A DNA stretch of 32,000 bases from Nitrosospira multiformis ATCC 25196 (GTDB lineage: Bacteria; Pseudomonadota; Gammaproteobacteria; Burkholderiales; Nitrosomonadaceae), in contig NC_007614.1 in the NCBI RefSeq assembly GCF_000196355.1, forward strand, positions 3,060,001 to 3,092,000, in the 5' to 3' direction. The first letter of the stretch is position 1, and each line of letters begins with the position of its first letter. Below the pieces are notes generated by a model. That model was given only the letters and a program-made list of their open reading frames with translations, searched no databases and was not told where the DNA came from. Made by a program: the position numbers and the translations under genes. This document shows, in pieces, positions 1 to 8,447 of the stretch.

Positions 1-451
1 CGACGCCGATGACCAGCAATCCGCCCATGAACAGCGCGGCAGCTCCCGGACTCCACATGCCCATGGAAGTGGTGGGCAACGGAAAGAGGAAGGTCCAGGC
101 GGCGTGGAAATCGCCAAGCAGGACACTCGCCAGGATCATGACGACCCCTGTCAGAAACAGGATCAGGTTGGCCATGAATATACCTGTCGACAGATCGACA
201 TACTGGCGCAGAAAATGCCACATTATGGCCGCTCCGGCCAGGGCGACGATACCCACCATTCCGGCACCGTGCAACGTCATGATTTTATAAAACCAGAGTG
301 CTCCGATGGAGATCATTTGCGCCTGCTCCATCCTCATGAGCAGGCCGAAAAGCATCATCAGTAGCAATACTACACAGGAGATGACCAGATAGGCCAGCAC
401 GCCCGCCTTGGCTCCCTGATCGGGAACCGGGGTATAAGTATAAGTTGCCAT
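1..451 (-). CDS. Heme-copper oxidase subunit I (cytochrome c oxidase / NO-reductase-like), partial, runs off the left edge
   Basis: Open minus-strand frame starting with ATG at 451 (MATYTYTPVPDQGAKAGVLAYLVISCVVLLLMMLFGLLMRMEQAQ...LWFYKIMTLHGAGMVGIVALAGAAIMWHFLRQYVDL...) with no stop before position 1. It has hydrophobic helices and the 'LHGAGM' helix motif of subunit I, and lies just downstream of a CuA subunit II gene. It is absent from the ORF track because it is truncated. Confidence 0.82.
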   Translation of the reverse strand, partial: MATYTYTPVPDQGAKAGVLAYLVISCVVLLLMMLFGLLMRMEQAQMISIGALWFYKIMTLHGAGMVGIVALAGAAIMWHFLRQYVDLSTGIFMANLILFLTGVVMILASVLLGDFHAAWTFLFPLPTTSMGMWSPGAAALFMGGLLVIGV

Positions 452-463
452 GCTTATTCCTTT

Positions 464-991
464 TTAAGATTTCCCAACTTTGATTTCGGTCATCATATTG
501 TGGTGAGCAACACCGCAATACTCCATGCACAATACCCGGTAGGTACCCTCCTTGGGGAAGGTGATGTGGATTACGTTGGTGTAGCCGGGCATTGCCTGGG
601 CCTGCGCAATCAGACGCAAGTCAGGATCATAAATGCCGAAGCCATGGTTCACGTCGGCGCTGGTGACACGAATGTCGACCGGTTGGTTGGGCTCGACCTG
701 GTCCCGGTCCATTTCCCAGTACCACATATGACCGGTAACATTGATAACCTGGGTAGGACCGCTACTGGCCGCGGCCTTGGGACTGTAAGGCAAGCTCATC
801 AGGTTGTAGATCATCGCCGGGAAGAATACAAACGCGACTGCCCAGAACAATTTGGTGCGAAAACTGTATGCACGCTTCACCAGCGGCCCATATTCTTCTT
901 CGCGCTTTCCGGAATTGATGGCGACGAACACGACACCAAACGTGATCATCAGCATCAATACAAGGGAAACCTGCCACGCGGTTTCTTGCAT
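464..991 (-). CDS. coxB: Cytochrome c oxidase subunit II-like protein with complete CuA site
   Basis: 176-codon ORF with two N-terminal TM segments, the aromatic 'GHMWYWEM' segment and CuA motif 'CMEYCGVAHHNM'. AAGGAG ribosome-binding site just upstream of the ATG. Confidence 0.9.
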   Translation of the reverse strand: MQETAWQVSLVLMLMITFGVVFVAINSGKREEEYGPLVKRAYSFRTKLFWAVAFVFFPAMIYNLMSLPYSPKAAASSGPTQVINVTGHMWYWEMDRDQVEPNQPVDIRVTSADVNHGFGIYDPDLRLIAQAQAMPGYTNVIHITFPKEGTYRVLCMEYCGVAHHNMMTEIKVGKS

Positions 992-1083
992 TATATTCTC
1001 CTTCTTTCTGTATATTTCATCTTTAATGCCCAGTTAAATCGTGGAATATCGGCCGACAGGGAGCCCGGGGTGCATGCGATGAT

Positions 1084-1108
1084 CCTGAAAATCTGTTCTA
1101 TTTTCCGG
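1084..1108. promoter_or_regulatory. Candidate operator dyad upstream of the oxidase genes
   Basis: cctGAAAATctgttctATTTTCcgg: 6-bp perfect arms around a 7-nt centre, extendable to CC...GG with one mismatched pair; lies about 90 bp upstream of the 991 start codon. Confidence 0.3.
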
Positions 1109-2154
1109 AGTGCATGAGAATCCGGTCAGGAACACAGACAATCCCGCTGAAACGTTCACACAGCCGCGATGCGTTCGAAACCATTCAACCCACCTTATTC
1201 CGCTCGGGGATCGACGTACTCGACATGCATCAGAATATCCTACGGTCGATACCATCAAAAAAAGATAAAGAAAATATCGAATAGCCGACCTGCAATCCCC
1301 ACGCCTTTTACCTCTGACCCCGCACTTTTCATCTCTTGTCGTGGCCTATCATGCGGTTGTATGCAGGCGAAAAAAGCAGTATTTCCAAACTTCTTTCGCG
1401 ACCATTGAACAGCTGACTTGAACCGTTCCACCCCTCTTGCCGGAAATAAACCTTTCCGATCCCACACCGACAATATCATACCTGCAATACCCATACTTGC
1501 TACGCTGGTATGCATATTGATTACTGCGTGAGGGCTGGAGTATGCTGGATGAAGAGTTCGATGTCAAGCACGACATATAGCCGGCTCAAATCCGTAACCA
1601 TAGGAAATGTAGGGTTAAATTCTCTCGAAAGAGGTCACGGGCAATGCGGTTTCAATCCCTGCAGGAGTCTTTCCGAGGCTAGAGGGAGCGCCCTTTCCAT
1701 CTTTCAGGCGGGCCCACCAAACAGGTACTTTTCCACCCACTGCAGCAGATGGGGAGGCAGATGAGTCCGTCTCCATTCACGTAGCGCATATTGCCGGCCT
1801 CCGGCCAGATCGAATAAGTATAAAGGGCGGTCAGCATCCTGTTCAAACCCGGGCCTGTTTCATTGCCAGCACGAATTCCGCCAGCAGGGCGCGAGCGCGT
1901 TTGGGTACGATGGTTACTCCCGGAACGATCCTTACATGGTAGACATCATTTGCCCGTTCGATACCGGGATTTGGCTAGAAATCTGGTTGATGCGGATGAA
2001 GGGATGTTCGATGAGATAGAGATCGAAGCGAGGCATAAAGCGATATCCGGCGGAGCAAACCGTCAGGGCAGGAGTATTCAGGAGGACCTGCTCTGTTATT
2101 CAGCACTTCTTGGGCCTGGAAACGCAACGGATCATCTGTTACTTATCCCGGTTC

Positions 2155-4044
2155 TCATGCCTGAGAATGCATTGCACTTCGAGAGTCCTGTCGCTGCCTG
2201 TACCATTGCTCCAGCATCATCAGCACCCATACCATGGTGCCGTGATATCCGGCATGCTCCTCCAGGTGCTGCTGCAGCAGCTTCTCGATAAAGTCACCGC
2301 GGATGATGTTTCTCGATTTGAGATCGCTCAGACTATCCCACGCCAGGTCCTGCAGGTTTTTATGGGTTTGAAGCCACACCCCGAAAGGTAATCCGAAACC
2401 ATGTTTTTGCTTGGCAATAATATCGTCCGGCAAAAATCCCCGCAGGGCTTCCTTGAAGAAGTAGCGCAACTTCGTCCCCTTGAGCTTCAGGTGAGGTTCG
2501 AGCCGCAGGGAAAAAGCAACGATCTCATCGCTGATGAGTGGAAACGCAACGTCCATTCCCGCCAACTCGCACGCCTTGGCGACCTTGGGCAAGTCGTTAT
2601 CGGCGAGGGTGAATTTGCGATCAAATGCAAGCATTTGATTGATCAGGCTTTTGGCATCATTCTCATGATAAGTCTCGTCCAGCAGGCGCGCCGGATAACC
2701 CGGATTTACCGCATCGAGAAATTCAGGGGTAAAGATAGCGTCGCGTCCGTAACGTTCAAGAAGATTGTAAGTCTCGGTGCGTGCAGGCATGGGGATGGAT
2801 GCCTGCTCGACATAACTGCGCGCTTTCCGTATCAGGGGAAGCGCGCCTCCCCCAGGAAGACCAAAAACAACCGGTTCGATGAGTCCCTTGCGCAATAACA
2901 AGGGAGTCTGCTCATACAGCGAGAAAATGTGTTGTTTGGCATAACGTACGTTACCGCCAAAAAGCTCATCCCCCCCATCTCCGCCGAGCATTCTGCTGAG
3001 GCCGTCGGATTTTGCCATCTGCGCGCAGTAGTAGGCGGGTAACGCGGAAGAGTTGCCGAAGGGCTGATCGAATACCGCTGCAACCTGGGGAATGGCGGAG
3101 ACGATATTCTCCGGTGTAACGTAGTACTCCTGATGCCGCGTACCGAAATGCCTGGCTGCGATCCGGGCATATCCCATTTCATCATAACCCGTTGCATCGA
3201 AACCAATGGAATAGGTGCGTGCTGGCTGTCCGCTCACCTCGCCCAGTATCCCGGCAATCGTCGAACTGTCGGTTCCGCCACTGAGAAAGGCTCCCGTTTC
3301 GTCATCGCCAATGGCGGTCCGCACACTGGAATGCAATACTTCCAGAAACTCCTGCTTGAGTTCCTGGAAAGGGTGTCTTTCATCTTCCTGAAACCGCATC
3401 AGCCAGTATTTTTCAGTCTTGATGCCGCCCTTACTGTAGACGAGATATTCGCCCGGCATAAGGCGTTTCTGCCCCTCATAAATGGTGTCAGGACTAGGCA
3501 CCATATGAAAATAAACGTAGTTATACAGACTCTGGAGGTCGATTTCCGACCTGATCGAAGGATGCAGGCGGATGGCATCTGATGACGAGGCAAATACCAA
3601 GCCTCCGGCCAGAGCCTGGTAGGAGAGTGGGTAAGTGCCCATACGGTCTGTCGCCAGAACGACCTCATTCGCATTTTCATCGACAATACAGCATGCAAAC
3701 GCACCGCTCAGGCTCTCGAAAATCTTTGCGCCTCTTCCGTCCCCTCCACTCCTTCCCCGCCAATTTTCGGCCAGCGTTTTCGCCATGCCTTCGCGTTGCG
3801 CCTGTTCATCCAGGCGGGGTTCCAGAAAATTTCCCCGTCCCCACAACGCGGCAAGAAGCCCATCCCTCTGATAAATGTGAGCACGCCCGTCCGAAGCAGC
3901 GGTTGCTAAAGCGCTATTCCCGCTCGCGCAGGCGTGCAACTTACAACTGTCAAACCGTACGAGCGGGCTTGCCATTTGCCGGAGCAGCGCCAGGTTTTCA
4001 GTAACTGAATGGCCATATCCCAGCCAACCGCATAATCCACTCAC
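2155..4044 (-). CDS. Asparagine synthetase-like amidotransferase (PEP-CTERM/EPS-locus associated)
   Basis: 629 aa. The synthetase domain has the PP-loop 'LSGGTDSSTIAG' and 'LGGDGGDELFGG'; the N-terminal Ntn-type domain is diverged ('MSGLCGWLGYG...'). Neighbours are exosortase A-associated gene families. Confidence 0.85.
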   Translation of the reverse strand: MSGLCGWLGYGHSVTENLALLRQMASPLVRFDSCKLHACASGNSALATAASDGRAHIYQRDGLLAALWGRGNFLEPRLDEQAQREGMAKTLAENWRGRSGGDGRGAKIFESLSGAFACCIVDENANEVVLATDRMGTYPLSYQALAGGLVFASSSDAIRLHPSIRSEIDLQSLYNYVYFHMVPSPDTIYEGQKRLMPGEYLVYSKGGIKTEKYWLMRFQEDERHPFQELKQEFLEVLHSSVRTAIGDDETGAFLSGGTDSSTIAGILGEVSGQPARTYSIGFDATGYDEMGYARIAARHFGTRHQEYYVTPENIVSAIPQVAAVFDQPFGNSSALPAYYCAQMAKSDGLSRMLGGDGGDELFGGNVRYAKQHIFSLYEQTPLLLRKGLIEPVVFGLPGGGALPLIRKARSYVEQASIPMPARTETYNLLERYGRDAIFTPEFLDAVNPGYPARLLDETYHENDAKSLINQMLAFDRKFTLADNDLPKVAKACELAGMDVAFPLISDEIVAFSLRLEPHLKLKGTKLRYFFKEALRGFLPDDIIAKQKHGFGLPFGVWLQTHKNLQDLAWDSLSDLKSRNIIRGDFIEKLLQQHLEEHAGYHGTMVWVLMMLEQWYRQRQDSRSAMHSQA

Positions 4045-4173
4045 AGGAATTCTCCACGTTTTCTTGGCATTGTGCTTCTCGTTATCTGATGGATTTTTTG
4101 TGGATTATTTGCTTTTTGCCACCCTCTTGGTCAAAAGGCATAACGATCCTCGTGCATGACAGCGCTTAATCTG

Positions 4174-5406
4174 CTAGACCAGCATTTCCATGGGCGGCGG
4201 ATGACTGAGAAACGCGGTAGGACTAGCGGTCAAGCCGTATGCGCCGGATTGGAACACGACGATAAGATCGCCTGCTTCCGCCCTGCTCATCTCCATGCGG
4301 TCGGCCAGAAGATCCAGCGGCGTGCAAAGCGGTCCCACCACCGAAACAACTTCCCTGTCGGTTCCCTGTACCCGATTTCCCACCATGACCGGGTAATTCT
4401 TGCGTATCACCTGACCGAAGTTGCCGGAAGCCGCCAGATGATGATGCAATCCTCCATCCGTGATCAGGAATATCTGTCCTCTGGATTCCTTGCGTTCGAG
4501 CACCCGGCAAACGTAGATGCCCGCCTCCGCCACGAGGTACCGGCCAAGCTCGATGACGATGCGCGCCTCCGGTAGCGCCTGTCTCACTCCGGGTATGAGG
4601 CGCCGCAGATTCTCGCCAACCGCCGCCAGATCCAGCGCTTCATCCCCGGGAAAATAAGGCGTACCGAAACCACCGCCTATGTTCAGCATGCGGACGGGAG
4701 CGGGAGCATGCTTCGCGAGCGCAATGCCCAGCTGGAAGGTCTTTTCGTGTGCTTCCTGCAGGGCAGCCACTCTCAGGTTCTGAGAGCCGCTGAAAATATG
4801 AAATCCTTCGAAATCGAGCGCCAGTCTTCCCAGTCGGGCCAGCATGGCAGGAACGCGTTCGGCATCCACTCCAAATTGCTTGGGGCCCCCGCCCATTTTC
4901 ATGCTGGATGATTTAAGTTCAAAATCCGGATTGACGCGAACAGCCACTTTTGGGCGAACCCCCAGATATTCCCCCAGGATGGCGATTCGCTCCATCTCCT
5001 GCTCGGATTCCATATTGAGAACGATGCCGGCGGCAATGGCGCAGGAAAGTTCGCTGTCGCTCTTGCCCGGACCGGCGAAGCTGATTTCACCGGGTGGCAT
5101 AGGAGTATCGAGCGCAACCTTCATTTCTCCCGCTGAAGCAACGTCCAATCCATCCACCAATCGAGCCATATGCTGCACGACGGCCGGCATGGGATTGGCT
5201 TTCATCGCATAGTGCAAGTGAATTTCCGCAGGCAGATGCTGACGCAGGAACGCCACGCGATCCGTCAGCCTTTGCCGGTCATACGCGTAGAAAGGTGTCT
5301 TTCCCGCGCGCTGCGCCAGGCGTGTGAGAGGCAGCCCTCCGATCTCGAGGCAATCATCGTTTACGGAAAACTGAATGGGCGCGTGTCTTGGCCGGGAATC
5401 CGTCAT
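4174..5406 (-). CDS. Pyridoxal-dependent decarboxylase, exosortase A system-associated (fold type III, Orn/Lys/DAP decarboxylase family)
   Basis: The ORF track gives 4174..5547, but the likely start is the internal ATG at 5406 (MTDSRPRHAPIQFSV...), which overlaps the upstream ligase stop by 4 bp (ATGA). Motifs 'HYAMKANP', 'FHIFSGSQ', 'LNIGGGFGTPYFPGD' and 'ELGRYLVAEAGIY'. Confidence 0.88.
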   Translation of the reverse strand: MTDSRPRHAPIQFSVNDDCLEIGGLPLTRLAQRAGKTPFYAYDRQRLTDRVAFLRQHLPAEIHLHYAMKANPMPAVVQHMARLVDGLDVASAGEMKVALDTPMPPGEISFAGPGKSDSELSCAIAAGIVLNMESEQEMERIAILGEYLGVRPKVAVRVNPDFELKSSSMKMGGGPKQFGVDAERVPAMLARLGRLALDFEGFHIFSGSQNLRVAALQEAHEKTFQLGIALAKHAPAPVRMLNIGGGFGTPYFPGDEALDLAAVGENLRRLIPGVRQALPEARIVIELGRYLVAEAGIYVCRVLERKESRGQIFLITDGGLHHHLAASGNFGQVIRKNYPVMVGNRVQGTDREVVSVVGPLCTPLDLLADRMEMSRAEAGDLIVVFQSGAYGLTASPTAFLSHPPPMEMLV

Positions 5407-7007
5407 GCGCCGGCTTCCATGAAAATATCGTGCAACTCCTGAGCAAGACGCTTGCGATCGATCTTGCCATTGGGGTTGCGCGGTAAACTGCCCTCTCTGT
5501 ACTCGATCCGGCTGGGCAGCATGAAGGCGGGAAGATGAGTCTTGCACGCAGCGAGCAACGCCTCATCGGCAGCCTTCAAACCCGCCCTGGGGGTCGCAAT
5601 CAGGACAATAGCATGACCCAGCACAGGATGGGGCACTCCCACCGCGGCGACTTCTCCCACCAGTTCCGTGCCATAAACGACTTCTTCGACCTCTGTCGGA
5701 CTGACACGATAACCGGATGTCTTGATCATTTCATCGCGACGGCCGATAAAATAAAGAAAGCCTGCTTCATCCATGCGGACCGTATCTCCCGACCATACTG
5801 CCAGTTCGGGGATAGTCAGGCCCGGCTCCCGGCAAGGAACGGGCCTGAAGCGCTCAGTGGTCTTTTCCTTGTCATTCCAATAACCCATGGAAACAAGAGG
5901 TCCTCTATGCACCAGTTCGCCCGGTTCGCCGGGAGCGCAAGGCGATCCGTCCTCCCGTACCACCAGCACCTCAGCATTAGGGATGGCTTTGCCGATGGAG
6001 TCCGGACGTGTATCCACTTCTTCAGGCGGAAGAAAGGTGGAGCGAAAGGCTTCGGTAAGCCCATACATGAGAAACACCGCGGCATTGGGCAACACATTGC
6101 GCAGCAGGTCAAGCGTCGCCCGCGGCATCGCCCCGCCGGAATTGGTGATATACCGTAACGGAATATCCTTCGGCCAGCTCAATTGCGCCAGTTGAATCCA
6201 CAGAGGCGGAACTGCCGCCAGCCCGGTAATCTTTTCTTCCTTCAATCCATCGATGATATCGCGCGGGAGCAGATAGTTCATCAGAACGCCAGTCGCTCCG
6301 ACGCGAAACGCGGTAGTAAGCTGACTCAGTCCGTAATCGAAACTGAGCGGCAACACGGACAGAATACGGTCGTCCGGATTGTTCTTCAGATATTGAGATA
6401 CGCTTGCCGCGCCAGCTACGAGATTGCGATGGGAAAGAACGACTCCTTTCGGCTTCCCCGTGCTTCCCGAGGTGTAGAGGATAGCAGCCATGTCAGCATC
6501 GGTGGCGGGGCGGGAAACCGCCCGCCCATCAGGTTTGCCTGCGGTGACAGCGTCATTCCAGGATACGACAGTCAGACCGGGAACAGGCATGGCAGCTTCT
6601 GCCCGATCGGTTACGATCACCGCATGGAGGTCGTGGCACTGAGGCAGCGCTTCGACAAGCAACTTCAATCGCTCGACCGAAGTCACGAGAATTCTTACGT
6701 TACAGTCGCGCAAGATGTAGGCCACCTGCTCCGGCTTCAGAAGTGGATTGACTGGCACGAAGGCGCCTCCCGCAGCCGCTGCTCCAAACAGACTCGTCAC
6801 TGCCTCGATGCGTTTCTCCAGATAGACAGCGACACGCTCGCCTCGCCCCAACCCCAGGGCCAGCAGCCCCTCTCGCACCAAGCCGATTTCGCGTGCAAGA
6901 TCAGCATAGCTCAGCCTGTTTCGCTGGTAAACCAGCGCTTCCTTATCGGAAAAACGATTGGCAGATTCGAAAACGAGATCCTGGATAAGGTGCGTCATTG
7001 GAAGCAA
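5403..7007 (-). CDS. Acyl-CoA ligase (AMP-forming), exosortase A system-associated
   Basis: 534 aa. ANL superfamily motifs 'AAILYTSGSTGKPKGVVLSHRN', 'MYGLTEAFRSTFLPPEE', 'WSGDTVRMDEAGFLYFIGRRDEMIKTSGYRVSPTEVEE' and 'NPNGKIDRK'. The start may instead be the ATG at 6998. Confidence 0.9.
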   Translation of the reverse strand: MLPMTHLIQDLVFESANRFSDKEALVYQRNRLSYADLAREIGLVREGLLALGLGRGERVAVYLEKRIEAVTSLFGAAAAGGAFVPVNPLLKPEQVAYILRDCNVRILVTSVERLKLLVEALPQCHDLHAVIVTDRAEAAMPVPGLTVVSWNDAVTAGKPDGRAVSRPATDADMAAILYTSGSTGKPKGVVLSHRNLVAGAASVSQYLKNNPDDRILSVLPLSFDYGLSQLTTAFRVGATGVLMNYLLPRDIIDGLKEEKITGLAAVPPLWIQLAQLSWPKDIPLRYITNSGGAMPRATLDLLRNVLPNAAVFLMYGLTEAFRSTFLPPEEVDTRPDSIGKAIPNAEVLVVREDGSPCAPGEPGELVHRGPLVSMGYWNDKEKTTERFRPVPCREPGLTIPELAVWSGDTVRMDEAGFLYFIGRRDEMIKTSGYRVSPTEVEEVVYGTELVGEVAAVGVPHPVLGHAIVLIATPRAGLKAADEALLAACKTHLPAFMLPSRIEYREGSLPRNPNGKIDRKRLAQELHDIFMEAGA

Positions 7008-7052
7008 GCCTGTTGTCTGTAATTTTGATATGGAATGCGCATCTGCACCGTA

Positions 7053-8402
7053 TTACTTCAAACCATGGCGATTCATCAGATCATAAATAGTGGGACGGCT
7101 GACGCCCAGTAATTCAGCCGCCTTCACCACGTTCCCATCCACTCTCGCCAATGCTTTCATCAGCGCATTGCATTCCGCCCTGTCCCGTATCTGGCGAAGG
7201 TTGATAGGCTCAGCTGCGCTTGTACCGTACAGGCCGAGGTCATCCGCGCCGATTACCGAACCCTCTGCCATGATGACCGCACGCTTGATACAGTTTTCCA
7301 TTTCGCGCACGTTGCCCGGCCACGAATGATTTTCAATGGCAGCCAGCGCTTCCTGGCTGAAATTCAGAGAGGAACGTTTCTCCTGCATGCAAAACTTGTT
7401 CTTGAAATGATGGGCAAGCAGCGCGGCATCCCCCACCCGCTGTCGCAAGGGAGGAATGGTTATCACGATTTCACTCAAGCGGTAATACAAATCTTCGCGA
7501 AAACGTCCATCCTCGATCAGTTTCTTGAGATTCTGATGAGTGGCGCATACCACGCGCACATCCACGGGTATTTCCTTCCGACCCCCTATTCGCTCGATCA
7601 CCCTTTCCTGCAAAAAACGGAGAAGCTTTGCCTGCAAGGGCATGGGCAGATCGCCCACTTCGTCAAGAAAAAAAGTGCCTTCGTGCGCGAGCTCGATTTT
7701 TCCGGGCGTCTGTTTGACGGCTCCCGTATAAGCACCCTTTTCATAGCCGAACAATTCACTCTCCAGCAACGACTCCGGGATGGCTGCACAATTAATGGCC
7801 ATGAAGCGCTTCTCCCGCCGGGCGCTCAACTGATGCAGCGCCCGTGCCAGAATTTCCTTGCCGGTACCACTCTCGCCCAGCAGTATAACCGTAGCGTCCG
7901 AGGGTGCGACTTTTTCCACGTTGCGGCATACCTTGCTCAAGACGGGATCGCGGGTTATGAGGCCGTTGATGGGAGAGTTCATCTGGGCCTGCAACAGCTT
8001 GCGATTCTCCTGCTGCAGAGCATAGAGATAGTATGCCCGTTCTATCACCAGGCTCAGGATATTGGGATCAAAGGGCTTCTGATGAAAGTCATAAGCCCCT
8101 GCAGCGATAGCCTTGAGAGCATTTCCATGGTCCTGATTCCCGGTGAGAACAATTACCTTCGTATCCGGCACCAGTTCAAGTATCTGTTCCAACGTAGCCA
8201 AACCTTCGGAAGCGCCATCCGCATCGGGAGGAAGACCCAGATCCATGGTGACGACGGCGGGCTCATGCCGTCTGACCAGAGCAAGCGCGCTTTCGCGGTC
8301 GCTTGCCACCAACACTTCATAAGTATCGAAGCTCCAGCGCAATTGGCGTTGCAATCCGGGATCATCCTCGATTACCAACAGACTCTTCTTGTCCTGACTC
8401 AT
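7053..8402 (-). CDS. prsR: PEP-CTERM-box response regulator transcription factor (sigma-54 activator)
   Basis: 449 aa: receiver (VIEDD...VVTMDLGLPP...VLTGN...QKPF), AAA+ 'LLGESGTGKE', sigma-54 contact 'ELFGYEKGAYTGAVK', and a C-terminal Fis-type HTH ('AAELLGVSRPTIYDLMNRHGLK'). Confidence 0.93.
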   Translation of the reverse strand: MSQDKKSLLVIEDDPGLQRQLRWSFDTYEVLVASDRESALALVRRHEPAVVTMDLGLPPDADGASEGLATLEQILELVPDTKVIVLTGNQDHGNALKAIAAGAYDFHQKPFDPNILSLVIERAYYLYALQQENRKLLQAQMNSPINGLITRDPVLSKVCRNVEKVAPSDATVILLGESGTGKEILARALHQLSARREKRFMAINCAAIPESLLESELFGYEKGAYTGAVKQTPGKIELAHEGTFFLDEVGDLPMPLQAKLLRFLQERVIERIGGRKEIPVDVRVVCATHQNLKKLIEDGRFREDLYYRLSEIVITIPPLRQRVGDAALLAHHFKNKFCMQEKRSSLNFSQEALAAIENHSWPGNVREMENCIKRAVIMAEGSVIGADDLGLYGTSAAEPINLRQIRDRAECNALMKALARVDGNVVKAAELLGVSRPTIYDLMNRHGLK

Positions 8403-8447
8403 TCAGTCCTCTTATTACCGGTATTACGGTCCCTCGAATTCATTAAA

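Noticed and set aside
1679-1837. 52-codon minus-strand reading (MLTALYTYSIWPEAGNMRYVNGDGLI...)
   Set aside because: Looks slightly protein-like, but it is short and has no recognised homology or motif. Not enough to call a gene or pseudogene.
1863-2291. 142-aa plus-strand ORF in the gap downstream of the amidotransferase
   Set aside because: It overlaps the 3' end of the amidotransferase on the other strand and has no recognisable domain; kept only as part of the gap flagged for BLASTX.
3582-4004. 140-aa plus-strand ORF (and 3133..3582, 2401..2898)
   Set aside because: Antisense to the asparagine-synthetase-like gene; low-complexity basic/Pro-rich translation with no motif.
5407-5547. N-terminal 47-residue extension of the decarboxylase in the ORF track
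   Set aside because: It sits in the ligase 3' end and reads as unstructured, composition-driven sequence. The internal ATG at 5406 gives the typical 4-bp ATGA overlap.
5535-7022. Long plus-strand ORFs 5535..6158 and 6183..7022
   Set aside because: Entirely opposite the acyl-CoA ligase, which has complete ANL motifs; shadow ORFs.
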